DNA of 64,000 bases, taken from positions 21,080,001-21,144,000 of the forward strand of contig OZ024763.1 of assembly GCA_964016885.1 (NCBI GenBank), in the 5' to 3' direction. This DNA is from Eledone cirrhosa. Its lineage: Eukaryota. The position numbers were made by a program, and so were the translations under genes. Of this stretch, positions 1-12,519 are shown piece after piece; the first letter of the stretch is position 1; every line of letters starts with the position of its first letter. The notes under the pieces were generated by a model. It saw nothing but the letters and a program-made list of their open reading frames with translations, made no database searches and was not told the DNA's origin.

Positions 1-160
1 TCATCGTTTAACGTCTATCTTCCATGCTAGCATGGGTTTAGACGGGAATTGTTCCACTTGAGGCAAGATTGGTCGGGAGACCGTGTCTCGCTCGTATAGG
101 ACTGTCTGGCAGGTTTTCTACGGCTGGATGCCCTTCCTAACACCAACCACATTTACAGTA
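1..160 (-). mobile_element. RTE-type 3' end fragment
   Basis: Reverse complement of ctgtaaatgtggttggtgttaggaagggcatcc...ccatgctagcatgg...acgttaaacgatga. Confidence 0.8.
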
Positions 161-217
161 TATATATATATATGTGTGTGTGTGTCTGTGTATGTATGCA
201 TGTGTAAATGTTTGTGT

Positions 218-249
<32 letters not shown>

Positions 250-624
250 TATGTAAAATCCCAACCGCGCCGCCAAGCAGTTTCGGCTTGTGTCAATGTA
301 TATATGTATGTGTGTGTATGTGTGTGCTTATGTAGACCTCCAAAGGATGAAATTTAAATTTCACCTCGGCAAAATTTCAACTCAGAACGAATACCACAAA
401 ACATTCTATTCAGCTTTCTAATGACTCAGCCAGTTCACAGTGTGTAGTTTTAACTAAAATAACTCCATGTAAAGGAATTTTTAAATGACTGTCTTAATAG
501 CAGTCTGTAAAAGTCTCTTAAAAAAGCATTCTATCTGATGTTTTAACTGCTCTGCTAATTTGCCACTTCTTACAAATAAATACTGTTACAAACTTAAGTA
601 TGTAACAGTATTATATACACATAC

Positions 625-1018
625 TTATCTCAGGAGGTGTGGCATCACCTTGGAGGATGTAGAGGAGCTGGCACAGGACCGCCAGTGATGGAGGGTGTTT
701 GTAGACCTAGTCGGCTCTATGCATGATGATGAAGCTTTGGAATGCTGGCTTAGGATGACCCTGGCATTGTTGACTAATAGCAAAAAGAAGAAGACATACT
801 TAAGTAAGCAGGAAGTTATACACAAGTTACTATTGCAGGAACCAACTTCCATGAAACACAGTAGAGGAAGACCTGCCCGAACATTCATTGATCAGCTCTC
901 AGACGATACAAACCTCAGTAAGGAGCAGTTGCCAGAACTAATGAATAGAAAATCATGAATTGTGGAGAGAGACTTTGTTAGGAATGTTCCATTATGGTCA
1001 TAATAATGATGATGATGA
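625..1018 (+). mobile_element. Two adjacent LINE 3' fragments (RTE-like 625-735; RTEX-like 790-1018)
   Basis: GITLEDVEELAQDRQ*WR recurs at 25235-25375. HKLLLQEP...SRGRPARTFIDQL..DT followed by a (GAT)n tail resembles RTEX C-termini. Confidence 0.55.
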
Positions 1019-1259
1019 CATAGTTAAGATAACATTTGTTTAAAGCATTCCTTAGGTAAACTATCACACAATAACAACATTATAGATACAATCATAGCTT
1101 AGTAATTTAGTAATTTTCAACATTCATTTAAAGAACAAAATGTTAGATTGTGTGTAAATGTGCTGTAACCTTTCAAAACAGGGTTTCTAGCATTTCAGAT
1201 TCGTCTTTCATTTTGTCTGTATGTTTATGTTTCACTAGTGGACCAGTGGTGTTAATAAT

Positions 1260-1452
1260 GATGGCTTAGTGGTTAGAGCATTGGGCTTACAATCAAGAGG
1301 TTGTGAGTTCGATTCTCAGACTGGATGGTGTTTTGTGTCTGTGAGCAAGACTCTTTATTTCACATTGCTCCAGTACACACAGCTGTGGAAATGAGCTGAA
1401 ATGTCACTGGTGCTGAGCTGTATCAGCTCTTGCTTTTTCCTTGGACAGCATC
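1260..1452 (+). mobile_element. tRNA/CORE-like SINE with a fourth tail type
   Basis: tggcttagtgg...gttcgattc...gagcaagactctttatttcacattgctcc. Confidence 0.75.
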
Positions 1453-1705
1453 ATATATAGTGTATATATAATGTATATATATAGTGTATATATAATATAT
1501 GTGTATGTTGTGACGGTTGTTGGGCACACAAAAAGAACATGTTTTTGCCTGCAGCATATCACATAAACATAAATTCATCTGATGAAATCGCACCCATATC
1601 AGCAACAAATGCAACTGCTGCATCTTGAATGCATATGGGTCACCATATAAATAATTATAATGAATAAATGCTTTATATAAACACACCATCCTTCTTAATG
1701 TTACT

Positions 1706-1754
<49 letters not shown>

Positions 1755-1865
1755 GTAGAACACTGGAAGGTAATATCCGTAGGGGTAGAGCACTCAGTCC
1801 ATGGGACGAGTTAGGTAGAAGTGGTGAACTAACTGTTGTGTAACCACTTCTATATACATATATAT

Positions 1866-2053
1866 AATTGTTTCTACTTTAGGCACAAGGCCAGCAACTA
1901 CCCAGTGCATTACTGGTACTTTATTTTATCGACCCCGTAAGGATGAAAGGCAAAGTCAACCTCGGCGGGATTTGAACTCAGATCGTAAAGGGACGTAACT
2001 ACGCTGGAAAGCATGGCGTCCGACCCTCTACCGATACTGCCAATCCACCGCCT
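1866..2053 (-). mobile_element. tRNA-derived SINE, family 1 (central gcctttcatccttacggggtcgataaaataaagtaccag, Nin/Deu-domain-like)
   Basis: A-box-like tggcagtatcgg and B box gagttcaaatcc. More than 15 copies in the window. The domain name is from recall, not searched. Confidence 0.85.
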
Positions 2054-2287
2054 TTATACATATATATAATGAGTGATAAGAACCCGCAGAAGTAGAATCA
2101 GCCAGATCCATACAAGGACCATGTCTCGAGCTACATGCCGGCGAAACATTTGTAACACGAAATAAACTAAGTCCAGATGCATCACTGATTTTTCGTTTTC
2201 TTTATAATATCTACACTCTACTTTGATGAATATCGATGCTAATTTTGGCATACCGCCTATGGAAGCACCATAGCTATCACTATACAC

Positions 2288-2323
<36 letters not shown>

Positions 2324-2467
2324 CAAAGAGGGTGTGATAAGATACCAGGTAGACCATAACGCACCAGAGTTCTTGATACTTGGGATAGTAGAGTGAGTAA
2401 TATGTAAAGTTCGGATCTAGCTGTTGAAATGGCTGGAGCTTAGCCGTCGGGGGTCCTGAATCTTTTC

Positions 2468-2504
<37 letters not shown>

Positions 2505-2678
2505 TATATAGTAATAATAATAAAAAATAGTAATAATAATAAAAATCTTCCTCCGGTTACAACGTTTTTTGAAATATCCAGTTCTGCGTTTACAGATTGA
2601 CTGTGTTAGTTTCAGAAGATCCCGTTAAGGGTGAAAGCAGCGATTCTTTACTTAAACTTTAATCTGTTATTTTAATAA

Positions 2679-2729
<51 letters not shown>

Positions 2730-2807
2730 GAAGGAGTTGTGGTAAGGAACCAGATGGACCATAACGCACCAGAGTACTCAATACTTAGAGTAGTAGAGTG
2801 GGTAATA

Positions 2808-2919
2808 GGAAAAAGTATGACCCCCCCACGGCAGAGCTCAAGCCGTTTCGACGGCTATTGCAGTCCAGAAATAGTCGTCGAAACGGCTTGAGCTCTGCCG
2901 TCGGGGTCATACTTTTTCC
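2808..2919. repeat. Inverted repeat, ~50-bp arms with a ~10-nt loop
   Basis: ggaaaaagtatgacccc..acggcagagctcaagccgtttcgacggctatt / aatagtcgtcgaaacggcttgagctctgccgtcggggtcatactttttcc. Confidence 0.93.
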
Positions 2920-2944
2920 ATGTATATATATATATATATATATA

Positions 2945-3307
2945 TATGAAGCAAGCTCCGATGGATGTGCAATGTCAATGTGTATGAACAACTAAACATG
3001 GACGAGTTGAGAGTGAAACTGTGTATGAGAAGAATAAACTGTAGTGTGCAGGAGAGAAGACTGCGTTGGTATGGCCATGTGATGCACATGGAAGATGACC
3101 GCTGGGTGAAGAAGAACCAAGTAATCCCAGTGGAACGAAGGTGCAGTAGAGGAAGACCATGAAGAAGGTGGTGAGAGCTGACCTCTGATCACTGAAGCTC
3201 ACAGAGTAGATGACGAAGGACTGTGACAAATGGAGAGATGCTGTGCTGAAGAGGACCTGTCCCACCCTTGCAAGCAGGGAAAAGTGGATGTAAAATGATG
3301 ATGATGA
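2945..3307 (+). mobile_element. RTE family B 3' fragment
   Basis: Translation ...VQERRLRWYGHVMHMEDDRWVKK...; ends cccacccttgcaagcagggaaaagtggatgtaaaa(tga)n. Confidence 0.88.
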
Positions 3308-4215
3308 TATATATATATACTTAAGAAAATGTTTTCTGTTGATACTTTCTTGCTGGTCTTCTGCTTTCTACAGTCTACAGTCTGTGGGGAAGATGACGTA
3401 CATAAATTAATGTAAAAATAAACATCAAGGCTTCTTGGATATGAATATGTATATATATATAAGGAAAAAGATAAAAAAAAACGCACCTTGTATATATATA
3501 TATATAAAAAAGAGGTATATATTTATATATATATGTATGTATATATATATATACATATTTCTTTACTTTTCTTTTACAGAGAAGTATAAAAGCATTTCTT
3601 ATAACTTAGAATGTAAGATAACTTTATTGTGGAAGATATAAATGTTATTTATATAGAAATAGTTCTACAAGTGTGCTGCTTATCGATTTTGGTACTTTTA
3701 GTATTTTCTTTCCTTGCTTCTATTTTTTTTTTTTGCCTTTTCAAATATGCACTGTATGATGAGAAAGGATTTGAAATATCGATTTTTAAAAGCTCCTGTC
3801 TGGTTTTATGTATTTTTGAAGAGTGTATGATTGCAAATTTTTAGCAGTTTTTCAGTTTTATCAAAATGAAGAATGATTTGTTAAGTTCTCACATTATCTA
3901 AGAAACTTCTTTTAAAGAGAACTTTATGAACTAAATGCTGTTCAGTTAAAATATATATATATTATATAATATATATATATATATATATGTGTGTCTGTGT
4001 GTCTGTGTGTCTGTGTGTCTAAGTATTTGTATATGTGTGTGTATATATGTATTTGTATGTGTGTGTGTGTGTGTATATATGTATATATATATGTGTGCGT
4101 GTGTGTATATATATATATATATATACATATATATGTATGCATGTATTGTGTATAGCTGGAAGATGCCATTGTAAATGTATTGTGTGTGTGTGTATATGTG
4201 TATGTATGTGCATGA

Positions 4216-4255
<40 letters not shown>

Positions 4256-5289
4256 TTGCTTTTACAGAGCATTACCAAAATATAATTTTTTTTTTTAATG
4301 AATAATACTTGACACCCCAAGGTGCTAACTAGGGGGAAGCCTAAATGTAATTCTATCATTGATCTAAAACTCAAACATGAACACTTCCTTTATCAACTGG
4401 TTTTTTCCCCCTCCTCCTGCCCCCTTTCTCCCCTTCTTTATATGAATCAATCATCAAACTACTCCCAGTGAGTCACCAATTCTCAAGTTCCCTTTTTTAC
4501 ACTCAACTGCTGGTGGACAGTTTTTCGAAATAATATTTTCCTAAAAGATTCTGAAAGCTACTACAGAAACCGCAAATGACAGGGCACCGTTTTTTGTTTG
4601 TTTGTTTTTGTTCCTTTTTTTTACATCAACCTGTAGGGAAGAGAAGAGATATAGGTGAGGGAAGGGCGAGGGGGGATGGGTAACTAAATAAGGGGATCGA
4701 AAATCTGGGAGATAGAGTAGTAAAAAGCAAAGCAAAAAAAAGAAAGAAAAATTAAAATTAAAAAAAATTGAACCACATTAAATACTAATAGAAATGAATC
4801 ATGTAATATATAGATTTTTTGAAATATTTTTTTTCATTTTAATTTTTTTATTTAATTTTTTTTAATTTTATTTTATTAATTTCTGTTTTTTTTTTTGAGA
4901 AAAAGCAGAAACATTTCTAACTTTACAGATAATCGATTATCTACAGATGTTGAAATGTGTAGTTATTCACATTTATATTAAAAATAATTTTATTTTCTAA
5001 TAATATTCTGTCTATATTGAACTACAGTTATTCAGTCTTAAAGAGAAAAAAATACACATACAACACAACAGAAACAACTATAACAAGCTGCTATTATTCT
5101 CTCCCTTTCTAATGAAAGATAGCGTAAAAAGTACTTTATGAAAATAACACATTATTTAGAAAGTTTACATAAATTACTGAAGATAACTAAGTTGTATTTT
5201 TGGTATGTGTAAGGCATTAAAATTTGAAAAACCAAAACACTTCTGACATTGATTTATAAATTTAGTAAATCAAATTGGAATAGGGGACA

Positions 5290-5865
5290 TGTATGTGTGT
5301 GTGTATGTGTGTATGTTTGTGTTTGTTTGTGTGTGTGTATATATATTTGTGTATGTGTATATATATATATTTGTGTTTGTGTGTGCGTATATATATATTT
5401 GTGTGTGTGCGTATATATATATTTGTGTGTGTGTGTATATATATATTTGTGTGTGTGTATATATATTTGTGTGTGTGTGTATATATATATATTTGTGTGT
5501 GTGTATATATATATTTGTGTGTGTTTGTGTGTATGTATATATATTTGTGTGTATTTGTGTGTATGTATATATATATTTGTGTGTGTATGTGTATATTTGT
5601 GTGTGTTTGTGTGTATGTATATATATTTGTGTGTTTGTGCATATATATTTGTGTGTATATTGTGTGTGTATATGTGTGTGAGCATTTGTGTATATGTGTG
5701 TGCATATATATATGTGTCTTTGTGTATATATATGTGTATATATATGTGTCTTTGTGTATGTGTATATATTTGTGTGTGTGGGTGAGTGTATATGTATATA
5801 TTTGTGTGTGTGTGTGTATGTGTGTATGTATGTGTGTGTGTATGTATGTGTGTGTGTGTGTGTCT
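5290..5865. repeat. (GT)/(TA) compound microsatellite
   Basis: Seen directly in the sequence. Confidence 0.95.
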
Positions 5866-6373
5866 TTGCTTCACATAAGTCCCAAGCCTCAGTGGTATAG
5901 TTTCAGGTACAGAGATCATTAACTTACTTAACCGTCTAACCCATGCTAGCATAGAAAATGGAGGTTAAATGAAGATGATGATGATGATGAACCCTTTCAT
6001 TATTCTATGTCTAATGAAAAACACTGCCTCGGGTTTATATAATGAAATTTTTCCTTCCCTTAAAGCAATGCAGCTCTCTAGTGGAATAGACCATTAAGTA
6101 AAGCTCAATACTGTGGCAGAGTCATTGGAACGTCAGATAGAATACCTTATGGTGTTGGTTCGAGTTCTCTGCTCTTTGAGTTCAAATCCCACCGACCTTG
6201 TATAGTTTCATGGACACACATTCACATATGTAACCCTAACCACTAGACTACAATGATCACCTTCCAGTGCATGGGCTCCCATTTTCTCACAATAGTGAGA
6301 GATGGGGAGAGTGGGAGAGACGGAGGCAGTGACAGTGGGAGTTTGGTTCCTTTGTGTTCGTTCGAACCTTGTG

Positions 6374-6404
<31 letters not shown>

Positions 6405-6668
6405 TTTACGTCCGCTTTTCCCTGCTTGCAAGGGTGGGACGGATCCTATTCAGCACAGCATCTCTCCATTTGTCATGGTCCTTTGTCATCTCCTCTGTGA
6501 GCTCCAGTGATCTGAGGTCCACTCTCACCACCTCCGCCCATGTTTTTCGTTGTCTTCCTCTACTGCGTCTTCCTTCAACTGGCATTTCTTGGCACTTCTT
6601 CACCCATCGGTCATCCTCCATGCGCATCACATGCACACTACAATTTATCCCTCTCAGACACTGTTTCT
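6374..6668 (-). mobile_element. RTE family B 3' fragment
   Basis: Translation [36 protein letters not shown]...ASREKRT*, with (CAT)n tail on the + strand. Confidence 0.9.
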
Positions 6669-7102
6669 AAATTGAGAGTTTGGTTCCTTTGTGTTCGGAC
6701 CTTGTGAATATATGTATGTTTCACAGACGCACACTCATGTATGATACTTTAACCATTAGACTACAATGATTAGCTTCCTTCCTATAGTAGAATAAAACAC
6801 TGAATAATGGAACTAAAATAGCTCAGTGTAAAGGAATGTTTAAATGACATGTCTCAATGGCAGTCACTAAAAGGCTATCTAACAATTAAACAGTGATGAC
6901 AATCTCACCCCCTACTGCTAATATAAAGATGGTGGTTGTGGTTGGGGTCGATCATACTGTGATTAAACATTGTTGTTGACTAAACACTATATCATTGTTA
7001 GAACTTTCACACCAGAGTAGGAACCATTCTTCAGATAAACCCCATCAATATAGTCAGAGTTATTCTACATTTTATTGTATTTTGTTTTATTTGATGGTAT
7101 TT

Positions 7103-7137
<35 letters not shown>

Positions 7138-7827
7138 CGGGGGGGGGGGGCTAGAAGTGCTAGTGCTGGTTTATCTTGGGGGGGGGCTTCTCTCTCTCTC
7201 CCTCCTCTACCCCTTCTCTTCCCTCATCCCCTCCTCATTGCCACTCTTCTTCGCCCTCTTTGCTTTCTTCTTCTTCTTTGCCTTCTTTCCTTTTTTCTTC
7301 TTTGCCTTCTTCCCCTTCTTCTTCTTTGCCTTCTTCTTCTCCTCCTCCTCCTCCTCCTCCACATTGTCATATATATATGTAAAGGCATCAGTGAATTCTG
7401 ACTGCCATGTTTTCGTCTCAGTGACTATGATCAAAGACATTCCATATACGACCTTCCCGCCCTGCCCGACTTGCTGGCAATATGTTAGTAGAGAGCCAGA
7501 CACCATGCTTTGAAGCATAGAGTCATGGCCCTTTCTGATTTGATTTCAAATCCCGTCGAGGTTAACTTTGCCTTTCCCCTTTACGGGGTCGATAAAATAA
7601 AGTACCAGTAATACACTGGGATAATTGCTGGCCTTGTGCCAAAAGTAGAAACAATATATTAGTATAACACTTATAACACTCTCTCTATTGAACTACAGTT
7701 ATTCAGTCTTAAAGAGACAAAGGTATGAATGTGTTGGTAATTTTTTTAACACTTGTAATTTGTCTCTTAGAAAATATTTTTGCTCATTCCCCTGATTGAT
7801 TGGCTTGTAACACATTAGTGGAAAGTG

Positions 7828-7847
7828 GATATATATGTGTGTGTATA

Positions 7848-7889
<42 letters not shown>

Positions 7890-7894
7890 CATAC

Positions 7895-7983
<89 letters not shown>

Positions 7984-8856
7984 CATACATATATATATAT
8001 ATGTATATACATGTATATATATGTATATACATGTATATAAGTATATACATATATATATGTATATACATGTATATAAGTATATACATATATATATATATGT
8101 ATATACATGTATATAAGTATATACATATATATATATATGTATATACATGTATATAAGTATATATATACATATATATATGTATATACATGTATATAAGTAT
8201 ATACATATATATATAAGTATATACATGTATATAAGTATATATATATATATATATATATGTATATACATGTATATAAGTATATACATATATATATATGTAT
8301 ATACATGTATATAAGTATATACATATATATATATATGTATATACATGTATATAAGTATATACATATATATATAAGTATATATACATATATATATAAGTAT
8401 ATACATGTATATAAGTATATATATATATGTATATACATGTATATAAGTATATACATATATATATATACTTATATATGTATATAAGTATATACATATATAT
8501 ATATACTTATATATGTATATACGTATATATATATGTATATACATATATATATATGTATATACATGTATATAAGTATATATATATATATATAATTATATAT
8601 ATGTATATATTTATATATATGTGTATATTTATATATATGTATATACTTATATACATGTATATACCTATATATATGTATATACTTATATATGTATCTATAT
8701 ACTTATATGTATGTATATACTTATATATGTATCTATATACTTATATATATATATATATATATATATATACGTATATACATATATATATGCATGTATTTAT
8801 ATATATATAAAACATGTATATATATATATATATAGACACATATATTTATACATATG

Positions 8857-8889
<33 letters not shown>

Positions 8890-8925
8890 GTTTATATATA
8901 TACATGTTTTATATATATATATATA
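7828..8925. repeat. (TA)n-derived compound microsatellite with a ~36-40-bp higher-order unit
   Basis: tatatatgtatatacatgtatataagtatatacata recurs many times. Confidence 0.95.
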
Positions 8926-9286
8926 TTCTCATGCAATTTGTGTCTTATCCTGTATGTCTTTCTCATTCTCTCTCTCTCTCTCTCTCCATCACACATATTT
9001 CTACAGGTGTTGGAATATCCAAACATATCTCCTGACAATACCACGTTATAAAGTTATCTGATTTTATTTTCGTAACTAGGAGAAATTCTTCTCATAATCC
9101 CTCCACTTGAAAATTAATTATAATCTTAGTGCCCCCCCCTCCCCAATAATATGTCATGTAATGTGATTTCTAATACCTTTGAGAAAATTGAAAATCTTTG
9201 AACTCTCAACATAGCTATTTTACTGGCAAATATAAGTTTCTTTAGCATTGGTTTCTGTAGAGCTGGATGGATATTGCCATTGTTGG

Positions 9287-9420
9287 TGTCATCATCATCA
9301 TCATCACCAATATCGTTATCATTACTGTCATCATCATCATCATCACCAATATCGTTATCATTACTGTCATCATCATCATCATCACCAATATCGTTATCAT
9401 TACTGTCATTATCATTATTA
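9287..9420. repeat. (CAT)n-based ~39-bp repeat x3
   Basis: tgt(cat)ncaccaatatcgttatcattac repeated. Confidence 0.85.
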
Positions 9421-9452
9421 TCGTGTAGGTGTCACGACAAAAAAAAACACAC

Positions 9453-11580
9453 ACAGTCCACGCTGTAATGTGGCCGTGTAGGCAACATGGTAAAAACCTC
9501 CCAGCCCCACACTGTAAATGTGGTTGGTGTTAGGAAGGGCATCCAGCTGTAGAAAACCTGCCACACAGTCCACGCTGTAATGTGGCCGTGTAGGCAACAT
9601 GGTAAAAACCTCCCAGCCCCACACTGTAAATGTGGTTGGTGTTAGGAAGGGCATCCAACTGTAGAAAACCTGCCAGACAGTCCACGCTGTAATGTGGCCG
9701 TGTAGGCAACATGGTAAAAACCTCCCAGCCCCACACTGTAAATGTGGTTGGTGTTAGGAAGAGCATCCAGCTGTAGAAAACCTGCCAGACAGTCCACGCT
9801 GTAATGTGGCCGTGTAGGCAACACGGTAAAAACCTCCCAGCCCCACACTGTAAATGTGGTTGGTGTTAGGAAGGGCATCCAGCTGTAGAAAACCTGCCAG
9901 ACAGTCCACGCTGTAATGTGGCCGTGTAGGCAACACGGTAAAAACCTCCCAGCCCCACACTGTAAATGTGGTTGGTGTTAGGAAGGGCATCCAGCTGTAG
10001 AAAACCTGCCAGACAGTCCACGCTGTAATGTGGCCGTGTAGGCAACACGGTAAAAACCTCCCAGCCCCACACTGTAAATGTGGTTGGTGTTAGGAAGGGC
10101 ATCCAACTGTAGAAAACCTGCCAGACAGTCCACGCTGTAATGTGGCCGTGTAGGCAACACGGTAAAAACCTCCCAGCCCCACACTGTAAATGTGGTTGGT
10201 GTTAGGAAGGGCATCCAACTGTAGAAAACCCGCCAGACAGTCCACGCTGTAATGTGGCCGTGTAGGCAACACGGTAAAAACCTCCCAGCCCCACACTGTA
10301 AATGTGGTTGGTGTTAGGAAGGGCATCCAGCTGTAGAAAACCTGCCAGACAGTCCACGCTGTAATGTGGCCGTGTAGGCAACACGGTAAAAACCTCCCAG
10401 CCCCACACTGTAAATGTGGTTGGTGTTAGGAAGGGCATCCAGCTGTAGAAAACCTGCCAGACAGTCCACGCTGTAATGTGGCCGTGTAGGCAACACGGTA
10501 AAAACCTCCCAGCCCCACACTGTAAATGTGGTTGGTGTTAGGAAGGGCATCCAACTGTAGAAAACCTGCCAGACAGTCCACGCTGTAATGTGGCCGTGTA
10601 GGCAACACGGTAAAAACCTCCCAGCCCCACACTGTAAATGTGGTTGGTGTTAGGAAGGGCATCCAACTGTAGAAAACCCGCCAGACAGTCCACGCTGTAA
10701 TGTGGCCGTGTAGGCAACACGGTAAAAACCTCCCAGCCCCACACTGTAAATGTGGTTGGTGTTAGGAAGGGCATCCAACTGTAGAAAACTTGCCAGACAG
10801 TCCACGCTGTAATGTGGCCGTGTAGGCAACACGGTAAAAACCTCCCAGCCCCACACTGTAAATGTGGTTGGTGTTAGGAAGGGCATCCAACTGTAGAAAA
10901 CCCGCCAGACAGTCCACGCTGTAATGTGGCCGTGTAGGCAACACGGTAAAAACCTCCCAGCCCCACACTGTAAATGTGGTTGGTGTTAGGAAGGGCATCC
11001 AGCTGTAGAAAACCTGCCAGACAGTCCACGCTGTAATGTGGCCGTGTAGGCAACACGGTAAAAACCTCCCAGCCCCACACTGTAAATGTGGTTGGTGTTA
11101 GGAAGGGCATCCAGCTGTAGAAAACCTGCCAGACAGTCCACGCTGTAATGTGGCCGTGTATGCAACACGGTAAAAACCTCCCAGCCCCACACTGTAAATG
11201 TGGTTGGTGTTAGGAAGGGCATCCAACTGTAGAAAACCTGCCAGACAGTCCACGCTGTAATGTGGCCGTGTAGGCAACACGGTAAAAACCTCCCAGCCCC
11301 ACACTGTAAATGTGGTTGGTGTTAGGAAGGGCATCCAACTGTAGAAAACCCGCCAGACAGTCCACGCTGTAATGTGGCCGTGTAGGCAACACGGTAAAAA
11401 CCTCCCAGCCCCACACTGTAAATGTGGTTGGTGTTAGGAAGGGCATCCAACTGTAGAAAACTTGCCAGACAGTCCACGCTGTAATGTGGCCGTGTAGGCA
11501 ACACGGTAAAAACCTCCCAGCCCCACACTGTAAATGTGGTTGGTGTTAGGAAGGGCATCCAACTGTAGAAAACTTGCCAG
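9453..11580 (+). repeat. Tandem array, 19 x 112 bp, derived from an RTE-type 3' end
   Basis: Unit acagtccacgctgtaatgtggccgtgtaggcaacacggtaaaaacctcccagccccacactgtaaatgtggttggtgttaggaagggcatccagctgtagaaaacctgccag; (11581-9453)/112 = 19. Confidence 0.97.
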
Positions 11581-11686
11581 ACAGTCCTATGCGAGCAAGA
11601 CAACCACTCTTGCCTCAAGTGGGAAAACTCCCGTCCAAACCCATGCAAGCGTGGAACACGGACGTTAAACGATGATGATGATGATG
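11581..11686 (+). mobile_element. RTE-type 3' terminus with (GAT)n tail closing the 112-bp array
   Basis: ...ccatgcaagcgtggaacacggacgttaaac(gat)n; a near-identical reverse-complement copy lies at 46228-46336. Confidence 0.85.
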
Positions 11687-11885
11687 GGCGGTGGATTGGC
11701 AGTATCGGTAGAGGGTCTCGGACGCCATGCTTTGACGCATGGAGTTACGGCCCTTGCCATTCTGAGTTCAAATCCCGCCGAGGTTAACTTTGCCTTTCAT
11801 CCTTACGGGGGTCGGTAAAATAAAGTACCAGTAATGTACTGGGATAATTGCTGGCCTTGTGCCGAAAAAGTAGAAACAATTATTA
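11686..11885 (+). mobile_element. tRNA-derived SINE family 1
   Basis: ggcggtggattggcagtatcgg...gagttcaaatcc...gtagaaacaattatt. Confidence 0.88.
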
Positions 11886-12133
11886 TCATTGTTGCCGTTA
11901 TCACCATCATCCTCCTCCTCCTCCTCCTCACCTCCATCATCATCACCATCATCATCACCATCATCATCATCCTGATCATTACCATCATCATTATTATGAT
12001 GATGATGATGATGATGATTACCATCATTGTTATCATCATCATCATTGTCATTATCATAATCATCATCATCATCGTCGTCATCATTGTTATCATAATTATC
12101 ATCATCATCATCGTCGTCATCACCATCATTATC

Positions 12134-12164
<31 letters not shown>

Positions 12165-12234
12165 CTATATCGGCCCTGTAAGGATGAAAGGCAAAGCTAA
12201 CCGTGGCAGGATTTAAACTCAATTAATAATAATA

Positions 12235-12455
12235 ATGGTTTCTGATTTAGGCACAAGGCCAACAATTTTAGAGGAGGAGGGGAAAGTCGATTAAATTGAC
12301 CCCAGTGTATTACTAGTACTTTATTTCATCGACCCTGTAAGGATGAAAGGTAAAGCTAACCTCAGCAAGATTTGAACTCAGAACATAAAAGGCCATAGCT
12401 ATATGCCACGAAGCATGTTGTCCGACGCTCTACCGATTCTCCCAGTCCAATGCCT
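12235..12455 (-). mobile_element. tRNA-derived SINE family 1 (long-tail variant)
   Basis: Reverse complement of the family consensus, including ttgaactcag and ggcacaaggcc. Confidence 0.8.
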
Positions 12456-12519
12456 TAATGATTGTTTCTACTTTTGGCACAAGGCCAGCAATTACCCAGT
12501 GTATCACTGGTACTTTATT

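Noticed and set aside
1260-1330. tRNA genes at SINE heads
   Set aside because: A and B boxes are present, but there is no complete cloverleaf or acceptor stem and the sequence continues into SINE bodies.
9453-11580. CRISPR-like appearance and 18 repeated ORFs (mostly 78 aa)
   Set aside because: Units are near-identical end to end with no unique spacers, there are no cas genes and the context is eukaryotic. The 112-bp period is not a multiple of 3, so the ORFs are by-products.
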